Shown in pieces: positions 54,698-63,831 of a stretch of 64,000 bases of DNA. The number at the start of each line of letters is the position of its first letter. The stretch's first letter is position 1. The translations under genes and the position numbers were made by a program. The DNA comes from a virus (taxonomy: Duplodnaviria > Caudoviricetes), in IMG/VR virus record IMGVR_UViG_3300042479_000799, positions 18,197-82,196 of that record. One strand, 5' to 3'. The notes beneath the pieces were generated by a model that searched no databases, was not told where the DNA came from, and saw nothing but the letters and a program-made list of their open reading frames with translations.

Positions 54698-55458
54698 ACT
54701 CTACGATATCCTCCTTGATCATTTGGTTCATATTCTGGTTCATCCATTTCTATTTCTGGATTTTCTTCTACATCTTCTTTGGTTTTATAAATGTCACCTT
54801 GTATTTTACAAATTTTTCTTATTTCATCATATAAAGCATGAGCTTTTGATGTTCCCCCATCATTTTGTGGAAATAATATACTGCCCAACGGTGTATTACC
54901 TAAATACACATTACCAGTAACTTCTTTAGGAAATCCTTCCAATGAATTTATTTCAGTATCATGCAGATACAAATCACCACCAACATATTTTGGCCCACCT
55001 ATACAATTTGTAATAGATAACCATAACGCTTCAAAATCACCCTTAATATGTTCAGAACAACCATTTAATGTTTTAAGACCTGGATTATTATATATTGACA
55101 ATTTACCAAAAACTTTTGTGGGTAAACCAACTAAAGATGTAAGTTGATTACTAGATAAGTCAATATTTCCAGTATTAATAAGTGGTGTGCTAAAATTTGG
55201 TATTCCACTTAAATCTCTTAAACTACAATTATTTGCATTTAAACTCTTAACTTCTTTTGGTCCTCCTACAAGCGATTTTAAGTTTTTATTATACATACAT
55301 TTAAACATACCGACAACTTTTACCGGACTATTGTTTAAACTTTTTAAAACATTAAAAGAAACATCAAAGTCACCTTTAATATGAACACCATTAAGAATTT
55401 CTGGTATTTCTTTTAAATAAAGATTGCTTAAATTTACTGAACCATCAATATGCTTCAT
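54694..55458 (-). CDS. Leucine-rich-repeat protein, paralogue 1
   Basis: GSVNLSNLYLKEIP cap; TATTTATA 4 nt upstream. Confidence 0.8.
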   Translation of the reverse strand: MKHIDGSVNLSNLYLKEIPEILNGVHIKGDFDVSFNVLKSLNNSPVKVVGMFKCMYNKNLKSLVGGPKEVKSLNANNCSLRDLSGIPNFSTPLINTGNIDLSSNQLTSLVGLPTKVFGKLSIYNNPGLKTLNGCSEHIKGDFEALWLSITNCIGGPKYVGGDLYLHDTEINSLEGFPKEVTGNVYLGNTPLGSILFPQNDGGTSKAHALYDEIRKICKIQGDIYKTKEDVEENPEIEMDEPEYEPNDQGGYRRV

Positions 55459-55470
55459 GAAGTATAAATA

Positions 55471-55770
55471 TTATACTAATTGTCTTTCCATCAATGATTC
55501 GTACCATTTCCTACCATCAACACTTAATCTACCATCCCACTTCAAATAATGTAACCGTTGAAGTTCTTTAACCATTGCAGTTGCATAACCCCTTCTACGA
55601 CATTCATGATTTATATTAATAAATTCAATATAAACCGTTTCAAACTCTAATAACGGTTTATAATACTTACAATGTCCTAACGATTTTCCAAAATCATCTA
55701 ATATATTACAACTAAATATATCTCTTTGTTCTTCTGATTCATAACCTAGATATTGATGACTAAATTTCAT
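55471..55770 (-). CDS. GNAT-like acetyltransferase
   Basis: YIEFINI..ECRRRGYATAMV. Confidence 0.6.
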   Translation of the reverse strand: MKFSHQYLGYESEEQRDIFSCNILDDFGKSLGHCKYYKPLLEFETVYIEFININHECRRRGYATAMVKELQRLHYLKWDGRLSVDGRKWYESLMERQLV

Positions 55771-55784
55771 TCACTATTTTTAGT

Positions 55785-57110
55785 TTACATAAGCTCTTCA
55801 GCCTGTGTAATCAAATCATTCATGTAGATTTGTGCTTTTTGTCCACCTAAAAGTATTTCTTTTATCTTATAAATTTTTTCTTTATAAAACAATTTCTTTA
55901 TGAGTGGTAACAGTTCAATTTTATTTGTTGGAACCAAATTTCTCAATCTCTTTTCCAATGCTGGACCTGCCATGATTTGTTTGGTTTCATCATCCATTGT
56001 TTCAGTATCCAGTTCTTCTTGTGAAGCAAGATCCATACTGATATAATCACCAAATCCTTTAACTAATTCATGTACTAAATATGGAAATGTCATTGCTCTA
56101 ACTTTAATTGTATATTTGTCACCAGTTGGAATTACTTGTTCACTACCTACCGCAGCCATATTAACAATATCACGGGTGATTGGGAAGTCAGGTGTCAAAT
56201 AGTATCCAATTTGCGTAATTGCTGCTAATACACCATATTTCTTTGATAGGTTAGGACTCAATGCGTCTAACTCATCTGAAATAGTATTAAATAAGAATAG
56301 TTTGTTTACCGCATCACCTTGCGTCATATAGTTAGCAAGTGTTCTTCTTAACTTACCTTCAGTATCACCACCCAAATCTGTATTTAATTGTATATTAAGA
56401 TTTTCTGCAACAGTTAAACCGTTATCCATTTCTTCATCCATTTTATCTGCGGTAACTGATTTTGTTAAATCTGCATTGCCCAACTTGGCATCAATTATAA
56501 CATCTCCATCTTCTACATGTTGTTTAATTAATTTGTTTTCTGTCAAATCTAACACTAAATTTACAGCAATTTGTTCCAATTGTTGTTTCATTCCAGATTC
56601 TGCTCTTTTAATATCATTTAGAGCTTTAATTGCCAACATAACCATTGTTGGATAGTTAGGGAACTTAGCTTGAATTTCACTTACACTAATACCAAGATAG
56701 TAAGCTACTCTTTTTACATTTTGTTGATAACTTTCACTGGTAATAATTTCCAAGTATCTATCTGCTTCTGGTCCTAAGTCTGGTAGAATTTGTTCTACAT
56801 AATCTTTTTCGTTTTCAATTTTGGCTCTTTTGCTTGGGTCAATTAAATCTGGCATATCATCACCAGTATCAATCTTTTCTGTTAAACCCTTTCTTTGATT
56901 CAAGAATGCTTCTACATCATGACTCAATGCTTTTGGTCTTGGTGCAATACCAGGTCTGGTTGGTCTTAATGGATTGGGTCTTTTATCTGGCTTAGATGGT
57001 GTAGGTGGTTTTTCTGTTGGTCTAGTAGGTGGTTCAATGGTAGGAGCAGGTGATGCATCCATTACTTCTTCTACCAACCGCATAATTACATTCTTTAAGT
57101 TCTTATCCAT
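55785..57110 (-). CDS. Leader-bearing late protein with Pro-rich linker
   Basis: RLVEE| then a P-rich tract, LTE; helical core; TATTTATA 5 nt upstream. Confidence 0.6.
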   Translation of the reverse strand: MDKNLKNVIMRLVEEVMDASPAPTIEPPTRPTEKPPTPSKPDKRPNPLRPTRPGIAPRPKALSHDVEAFLNQRKGLTEKIDTGDDMPDLIDPSKRAKIENEKDYVEQILPDLGPEADRYLEIITSESYQQNVKRVAYYLGISVSEIQAKFPNYPTMVMLAIKALNDIKRAESGMKQQLEQIAVNLVLDLTENKLIKQHVEDGDVIIDAKLGNADLTKSVTADKMDEEMDNGLTVAENLNIQLNTDLGGDTEGKLRRTLANYMTQGDAVNKLFLFNTISDELDALSPNLSKKYGVLAAITQIGYYLTPDFPITRDIVNMAAVGSEQVIPTGDKYTIKVRAMTFPYLVHELVKGFGDYISMDLASQEELDTETMDDETKQIMAGPALEKRLRNLVPTNKIELLPLIKKLFYKEKIYKIKEILLGGQKAQIYMNDLITQAEELM

Positions 57111-57176
57111 ATCTGTATAAATATTATGAATATAATAAAAAACCCGCTTATTTCTAAACAGGTTTAAATTTAAACT

Positions 57177-57509
57177 TTATTGATTACCAAGTTCTTTTTG
57201 AATTTGTTTTCCTAATTCAGTTAATATAAACAGTGGTTCACCTTCATCATTATGTCCTGATACTTTAACAATACCATCTTTAAGCAATTGTTCCATTGAT
57301 TCTTTTACTTCTGCAAGTGCAATTTCACTATAAATCTCTTCTGCTTCTTCAAGCGAACATTCACAATCAGTCATAATAATATTAAGACATTCTTCTTTTT
57401 CTTCTCGCTTAATTTGTTGTTCAACTTCATTGGTGTCTAATTTAGAACAATGTTCAAGAAAACCGTCAATTGTTCCTGTGTATGATTCAGATGCGTTATT
57501 TTTGCTCAT
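57177..57509 (-). CDS. Acidic hypothetical protein
   Basis: 110-aa ORF after a TTGACT-N17-TAACCT promoter. Confidence 0.55.
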   Translation of the reverse strand: MSKNNASESYTGTIDGFLEHCSKLDTNEVEQQIKREEKEECLNIIMTDCECSLEEAEEIYSEIALAEVKESMEQLLKDGIVKVSGHNDEGEPLFILTELGKQIQKELGNQ

Positions 57510-58039
57510 ATTTAATTACCTGTAAAGGTTACCAGATAAAGTTACCGAAGTCAATCTAAAATTGTAAAATTATTCCTGCTCATCAGTCCATTGTGATTTT
57601 TTACCAGTGTCTTCTACAGAAAACTTAAATTTAGATTTTCCCTGCTTGATGCGCTTGTTGCGCTTATCAAAACTACTGTTGCGTTTATACTTGTCTTTGT
57701 AGCTCTTTCCCATATTCTATATTAATTATTAAAGTTAAAAATATTCAACCGCCTATTGCGCTTAATAACTAGTTTATTATAAAATCTTCCTGTTAATTTT
57801 AATTCAGAAAAGTTTAGAAATTAAACTCTGCAGGAATAATAGCTGGCTTAATAGCTTTGCTAGCATCATATGGAATAATTGAATCAGCGACTGTTTTAAT
57901 TGCATATAAATAACCATATTCGTTATGTGTTTCTTTGCGGTTTTTGATTTGTTTCTTTAGATTTTCAATCAATGTGTCTTTAGTGTTCTTCATACTTTTT
58001 TACCTTACCACAGGTTTTTCTAAAAGTCAACCTGAAATT

Positions 58040-59497
58040 TTAAAATTTGTAAAAATCTCTATATTTAATTGACATTTTCTTGGATTCATACAAATCTCTT
58101 CTGTATTTTTGTATCATGTCAACCATATCTTTTGCTCTAGGATTGATACTCAACACTTTAACCACATCTTGAATGTTTCTTGGTGTAAATTTATTGATTA
58201 TACCAGCAAATTCTGGTCCAAAAGATCGTTGTTGCATGTAATTAGGATTATACTTAGCATTATACATTTTTAATGATGTTAACAATATATCATTAAAATT
58301 TGTATCTTGTAATTGATTTGTTTGTCTTTTAATTACAGTATATGGATTACCATTATCTTGTGTTACAATCAAAGCACCTTTTATGATATCATCCATATTT
58401 GATACATCACTGTTTTTTAACACTTCTTTTGCTAAGTCAAGATAAACATTTTGGTCATATGTTGTATCACTAATTAAATTCTTTAAATTTCTACTTCTAA
58501 CATCAGGACGAAAATCATCATCATCTACTCCTTGATTAGATATACAAGCACTCCATAATTCACTTAAAAAATCATTCCAATTACCATCTTGAATTTCATC
58601 TGCAAATTGTCTTGACATTACATCACCAAATTCATCTTCATCCAAATCTGTATCTGCATCCAAATACTCAACCGTAGCATTATATAATTGTTGTAAAATA
58701 ATATCTTTACCGTCTTCTGCAAATCTATCAGATGCTAACTGATAATAATAATCCTGTTGTCTTTCAGGTGGATTGTCATCATTAAAATAATTCATCAAGT
58801 CATCAATTAAATCTTCTGGTAATTGATTTAAATAATTGATTTGTTGGTCACGGGATAATTTATCATCATTAGTATTCCATAAATTTACATGTGGTATTAA
58901 ATCTGTGATTTTATCCAGTTTATCAACACTCTTAGTACGCCAAAATTGTTCAGATGCATTACCAACAATTGCAACTTTGAATAAAAGATGGTCTGGTTTC
59001 TTAGTTCTATCTTTAATCATTACTATAGTGTTTGCATGATAATACTCTTTCCAGTATTTTTCATTGCTTGTACTTATACACCAACTGGTACCACCACCAA
59101 AATATCTACTTGCATCATGTGTTTGTGGTGAAACTACCAACCATCTTTTATTATCTTCAATTGTTGTAGTATTAGCTTTGATTTGAGCCATCTTACCCAT
59201 TTGTACTTCTTTACTTCTCTTTTGTAAGAAATCCAAAAATGTGCCGTAATCTTTAAAACTATACAAATCTGTTGAACTACCAACTTTATTATATATTTCC
59301 AGATTTTTAAACAAATCTACATCATTGATATCTGGTTCTGTCATTAAGATTTTACCAATCCACATCAAGTTCTTATGATTTTTACTAGTATCTCTATCAA
59401 CAATCTTTAGAATATAATCAATACTGAACCTTTTTCTCAATAAATTCTTGAAATCATCAACTCTGCTTTCAATCAAAATGTGTTCAAACAATGTCAT
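58040..59497 (-). CDS. Leader-bearing protein with YFGGGTSWC domain
   Basis: MTLFEHILIE|; ASRYFGGGTSWCIST; start moved to 59497 by TATTTATA at 59503-59510. Confidence 0.6.
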   Translation of the reverse strand: MTLFEHILIESRVDDFKNLLRKRFSIDYILKIVDRDTSKNHKNLMWIGKILMTEPDINDVDLFKNLEIYNKVGSSTDLYSFKDYGTFLDFLQKRSKEVQMGKMAQIKANTTTIEDNKRWLVVSPQTHDASRYFGGGTSWCISTSNEKYWKEYYHANTIVMIKDRTKKPDHLLFKVAIVGNASEQFWRTKSVDKLDKITDLIPHVNLWNTNDDKLSRDQQINYLNQLPEDLIDDLMNYFNDDNPPERQQDYYYQLASDRFAEDGKDIILQQLYNATVEYLDADTDLDEDEFGDVMSRQFADEIQDGNWNDFLSELWSACISNQGVDDDDFRPDVRSRNLKNLISDTTYDQNVYLDLAKEVLKNSDVSNMDDIIKGALIVTQDNGNPYTVIKRQTNQLQDTNFNDILLTSLKMYNAKYNPNYMQQRSFGPEFAGIINKFTPRNIQDVVKVLSINPRAKDMVDMIQKYRRDLYESKKMSIKYRDFYKF

Positions 59498-59516
59498 ATT
59501 GTTATAAATATAAGAA

Positions 59517-60941
59517 TTATTGGGTTCCTGATTGTTTTTTAGCTGCTGATTGTTTAGCAATATCCAATTTGCTTGGTAATTCAAATGATTTTTGTTTTAT
59601 AATATCAGCAGGTTCTTTTGGCATTGGTACTTTGGTTCTTGGTTCATTCATTTTAAACACTGTAAACTTAATTTTGCCTGATAATCTTGTAGCAACCATT
59701 CTTTCACCGTAAATACTATCTAAAATGACTTTATTTTTGCTCTTGGCTACACGGGGTAACAATAAGAAATAAGATATCCACTTCAATACTCTATCTGCAA
59801 TATCGGAACCCAAATATCTAAATTCAATAGTTTTATGTTCCGCAAATGCTGCAATGTTTGTACCATGATTACGGTCGAAATTACTCATTATCTCTTTTAC
59901 TTGTGCGTTAGTAAGAATAAAAGACTTAGGAACAGTTTCTTCTGCATCTGGTTGTCTACGCATATAATCATAAATTCTACCGAAAATAGCATTGCTCAAA
60001 CTTCTTCTAAACTTAGCATATGAACTAAAATCTCTATCCAAACTAACTTCAGATTGAATTGCTTTTTCATCAACCAATGTACTCATAGCCAATAAATCAA
60101 ATACATCAAAATCTCTGGGTACTCCTATATGAATATGCATTCCAGTCTTACCATGTGTTGGCTGGTTACTTATCCAATTTCCTACTTTGTTAATAATATC
60201 AAAATCATGTCCAGTTTGACTCATATGTCTACTTCTCATTTCAACATTGGGTCCATCTTCACCAACTGCCCATGTATCTTTATCTGCTTTATCATCTTTT
60301 CTTACATTTTCACCAAGACTTTCCAAGAAATCATAAGCATCTTCAATTCCTTGTTCAGCATCTATAATCTTATATTCATCTTCACCAATATAATCCGTCC
60401 AAGTACTGCTTCTTATTAATAAACTTATAAATTCATCCGCATAATCATCACGGTTTCTTCTATCCCAATATTTATAATCATTATCCACTTCATTTTTTGC
60501 ATCATCATATTTTTCATATGCTTGATTATATTCTTCTTCATTAGCATAATCACTTTCAACGGGTGCTGCGACATATTCTTCAAATGTATCTATACTCATT
60601 GGTCCATATTCCGAATTGAATTTATCAACGGTATCCAATGTTCCATGTCGTCTTACCCAATTCGCAACTTCACTGTTTCTTTGATTGTCTAACCATTCAT
60701 AATAACCATCTGTAAATCCACTATCCGTACCAAACATTTCTCTTAATTTAGCAGCAATTTCATCTCTTGAAAGTACATCATTTTCCGTCACTGGTTCAAA
60801 TTCAAACTCTACACCAAATGTATATTCAGCCATTTCATCATACTTAGCTCGTAATGATTGTTCAATGTCAGTTGCTTTATCAAATGGTACAGCTTCAAGC
60901 AATGTTTCTTTTATTAATGCTTTTAATTCTTTGACGGTCAT
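59517..60941 (-). CDS. Putative amidoligase (COOH-NH2 ligase fold) with leader
   Basis: TFGVEFEF, VEMRS, TGMHIHIG, TIEFRY; MTVKELKALIKETLLE| leader. Confidence 0.75.
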   Translation of the reverse strand: MTVKELKALIKETLLEAVPFDKATDIEQSLRAKYDEMAEYTFGVEFEFEPVTENDVLSRDEIAAKLREMFGTDSGFTDGYYEWLDNQRNSEVANWVRRHGTLDTVDKFNSEYGPMSIDTFEEYVAAPVESDYANEEEYNQAYEKYDDAKNEVDNDYKYWDRRNRDDYADEFISLLIRSSTWTDYIGEDEYKIIDAEQGIEDAYDFLESLGENVRKDDKADKDTWAVGEDGPNVEMRSRHMSQTGHDFDIINKVGNWISNQPTHGKTGMHIHIGVPRDFDVFDLLAMSTLVDEKAIQSEVSLDRDFSSYAKFRRSLSNAIFGRIYDYMRRQPDAEETVPKSFILTNAQVKEIMSNFDRNHGTNIAAFAEHKTIEFRYLGSDIADRVLKWISYFLLLPRVAKSKNKVILDSIYGERMVATRLSGKIKFTVFKMNEPRTKVPMPKEPADIIKQKSFELPSKLDIAKQSAAKKQSGTQ

Positions 60942-60995
60942 AGACTATAAATATAACAGTATATGCTAATGTATGCTATTTTTTGATTGATTGTA

Positions 60996-61208
60996 TTAGA
61001 TTAAATAAAACAACCCTTTTGAATTATAAACTACAATTCTAATCTTGGTGTCATTATCTTTAATGATACCAAGTTTATCTGAAATTTGAAATGGACCTGG
61101 ATGATTACTTGTACGAACACCCATGACTTTATCTTTTATTTTATATACATCCAAATCTGTATTAACAACACTTGCGTGATATTGTCTTCCCAAAGGTATC
61201 ATTTTCAT
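60996..61208 (-). CDS. Hypothetical protein
   Basis: ATGA-coupled to the cyclase gene. Confidence 0.5.
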   Translation of the reverse strand: MKMIPLGRQYHASVVNTDLDVYKIKDKVMGVRTSNHPGPFQISDKLGIIKDNDTKIRIVVYNSKGLFYLI

Positions 61209-62980
61209 AATGGTTTATTTGTTTTTGGTTCTGCTTTTGTTACTCTACTTGATGGAAATTCTTTGTTGCCAAAGTCACTGCCATGTAAACTATATAAGTG
61301 CATCACTACACCGTGTTTTACAACCACATCTCCTAAATCATTCACTAATACATATGCGGGTCTATCATATTTCAACATTACAGCTGAACTAACCAATAAA
61401 TGATTTGTTTCACCAGCATCCATTACTCTTTGAGCATAATTGATGCCGTCACCACTTATATTCAAATTACCATTGATATCCTCCATTGGAATTACAGGCC
61501 CACAATGTACACCCATTCTCATTTGTAAGTCGGGTCTATCCTTTACTGCCTTAGCTATAGCAACGGCACAATTCATTGCATCTTCCAAATAAGTGAAAAA
61601 TCCCATTACCATACCATCACCAGTAGGTAATATAATTAACTTCTCAAGAGCATTAGCAGTCTTATATTGCATTGTTGATTTAACTAATACACCCAAATCT
61701 TTACATGCTTTCTTTTGTTCATCCGTAGTCTTCTTACTATACGCAACAATGTCCATAAAGAATATATAACCTTCTTGTTCTACATCCAATTGCAATCTAC
61801 CTGATTTGACTTCTATATCAACTTGTTCAACTTTCTTGACAATTTGTTTAACGGGTTTAATGACTTCTACTTTCTTTTCTTCTTTCTTTTCTACAACTGG
61901 AATATCTTTAAGTTTCAAAAAGTCTTTCCAGTTAATCTTCTTTGCTGGTGCATCTTTCTTTTTTGGTTCTTTTGCAGTTTGTTCTGATTCTAGTTTTTTT
62001 ATTGCTTCTTCTTCACGATTACGCTTTTCAATGAATAACGCAATTTGTTTCTTAACTTCATCTGTAATATAAATGTTTACATCTTTACCGTTACCACCTG
62101 TGTCATGTTTCTTCTTTCTTAACGCACCTTTGGCTTGTAAATAACTTTGCATTTCTACATTACCTGTCTTGAATGCTATGTCTAACGGAGCAATTTCACC
62201 CTTAAAATCTGCACCATTAACATTTGCGCCCAAATGTACCAAAAACTCCGTCATATCAACATCGTTAGCATTAACAGCATAATGTAATGGCATCCAACCA
62301 TTCTTTTCATCTCTACCATTAATTTTACCATCTTTATCAAAAAATGATTGTACACCTTCAAAATCACCTGTTTCAGCACAAAAATGAATATTAACACCAC
62401 CGGAAGATTTAGCACCGTTTTTATTTAACAACTTAACAATTTCACCTCTATTAACATTGGATAACACATCTATTGGATTGTTTTTGCCTAAGAAATCTTT
62501 CTTGTTGACATCAGCACCTTTAACAATTAAATATTCAACCAAGTGTTTTTGTCCATAATTAACCGCATAGTGTAGTGCGGTCCAACCTTTACCAGCGTCA
62601 ACTTCATTGATATCTTGTTTTTTACTCAACATTTCTTCAATAGAAACAATATCACCATTCTTAGCAGCCAAATGAAAACTGCTACCACTACTATACTTCC
62701 CTCCTCGTTGTTGCAATAATTCTGAAATAGGTTTAAACCCCTTTTGTTCTGATATATCTAATGCGGTATTTTTGCTTGTCCAATCTTTTACATTTACATC
62801 CGCACCACGATTTAATAACAATTTGACTATTTCTATTTGATTTTCTTCTACCGCAACAACCAATGGTGGATTACCAGTGTCATCATCCCTTTGATTGACA
62901 TCCACTTTCTCTTTTTCTATACAATTGTAAACATTATCAAATAATCCTCGTCTTATATGTGTAAAAATATTGATTGCCAT
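61205..62980 (-). CDS. Ankyrin-repeat / class III nucleotide cyclase fusion
   Basis: About nine ankyrin repeats; FMDIVAYSK, PTGDG, RMGVHCGPV, GDGINYAQRV. Confidence 0.88.
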   Translation of the reverse strand: MAINIFTHIRRGLFDNVYNCIEKEKVDVNQRDDDTGNPPLVVAVEENQIEIVKLLLNRGADVNVKDWTSKNTALDISEQKGFKPISELLQQRGGKYSSGSSFHLAAKNGDIVSIEEMLSKKQDINEVDAGKGWTALHYAVNYGQKHLVEYLIVKGADVNKKDFLGKNNPIDVLSNVNRGEIVKLLNKNGAKSSGGVNIHFCAETGDFEGVQSFFDKDGKINGRDEKNGWMPLHYAVNANDVDMTEFLVHLGANVNGADFKGEIAPLDIAFKTGNVEMQSYLQAKGALRKKKHDTGGNGKDVNIYITDEVKKQIALFIEKRNREEEAIKKLESEQTAKEPKKKDAPAKKINWKDFLKLKDIPVVEKKEEKKVEVIKPVKQIVKKVEQVDIEVKSGRLQLDVEQEGYIFFMDIVAYSKKTTDEQKKACKDLGVLVKSTMQYKTANALEKLIILPTGDGMVMGFFTYLEDAMNCAVAIAKAVKDRPDLQMRMGVHCGPVIPMEDINGNLNISGDGINYAQRVMDAGETNHLLVSSAVMLKYDRPAYVLVNDLGDVVVKHGVVMHLYSLHGSDFGNKEFPSSRVTKAEPKTNKPL

Positions 62981-63108
62981 AATTTATTTTTTAAAATTGT
63001 TAACACTATTGACAATATAAGTTAATAACAATTAGGAAAAATAAAACAATATCAATTCGTCAATATAAATATAAAAAATAAAACAGGACTTATTATAAAT
63101 AATAAAAA

Positions 63109-63136
63109 ACCGCTTAGACTTTTAAATCTAAGCGGT
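63109..63136. terminator. Terminator-like hairpin
   Basis: ACCGCTTAGA / TCTAAGCGGT with A tract. Confidence 0.7.
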
Positions 63137-63166
63137 AAACAATAATGAATAATGAACGGAAACAAA

Positions 63167-63520
63167 TTAATCGATTTTACTCTTACCTGTCTTTAACATG
63201 AAATTAGCAGCTTGTTTGGCTAAGTTCAAATCCTTAGCAGATTGTGTATTGCCTCTCTTTTCCGCATCAGCGGCTCTTCTGGACAATTGAACCGCATCAA
63301 ATGCAGTCAACCTATCCTTTGGTGGTGCAACCTTGGCCAAATTCTTTTTAATTGGCTTCTTGACCAACTTCTTTACTGGAGCGGGTTTTGATGCAGCCTT
63401 TGGTTCTGGTGCCTTTGTTGCCTTTGGAGCTTCGGACTTCTTTTGTTTCTTTTCTTCCAAAGATTGTTGGATTTCACAAACACATTCTTTAATCAATGAT
63501 TTTAATTGTTGCTTAGTCAT
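63167..63520 (-). CDS. Leader-bearing basic K/A/P-rich protein
   Basis: MTKQQLKSLIKECVCEIQQSLEE|; TATTTATA 6 nt upstream. Confidence 0.6.
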   Translation of the reverse strand: MTKQQLKSLIKECVCEIQQSLEEKKQKKSEAPKATKAPEPKAASKPAPVKKLVKKPIKKNLAKVAPPKDRLTAFDAVQLSRRAADAEKRGNTQSAKDLNLAKQAANFMLKTGKSKID

Positions 63521-63604
63521 ATTACATATAAATATAACCAGGATAACTAACCAATTAATTTTTTATTATTTATTTATTAGGAGCCCCCTCCCCCCACTAA
63601 AACA

Positions 63605-63637
63605 AAAAACCCTCAATAAGGTTAATTATTGAGGGGT
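63605..63637. terminator. Terminator-like hairpin
   Basis: CCCTCAATAA / TTATTGAGGG with A tract. Confidence 0.7.
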
Positions 63638-63642
63638 GTAAC

Positions 63643-63831
63643 TTAGATTAGTCTGAATGTTTGATTACCTTTTCCTACTATCTTACCACTTTTATCTATT
63701 GTAGTATTTGATTTAGTGTAGTATGATCCTTTGTAATTGTTGTTACGATCACTAATTCGTGTTCCGTGACAAGTCTTATCAACAAAACCAACCACATTCA
63801 TTTTACCATCTTTAATTGTTTCTCGGCTCAT
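63643..63831 (-). CDS. Hypothetical protein
   Basis: Small basic ORF. Confidence 0.5.
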   Translation of the reverse strand: MSRETIKDGKMNVVGFVDKTCHGTRISDRNNNYKGSYYTKSNTTIDKSGKIVGKGNQTFRLI

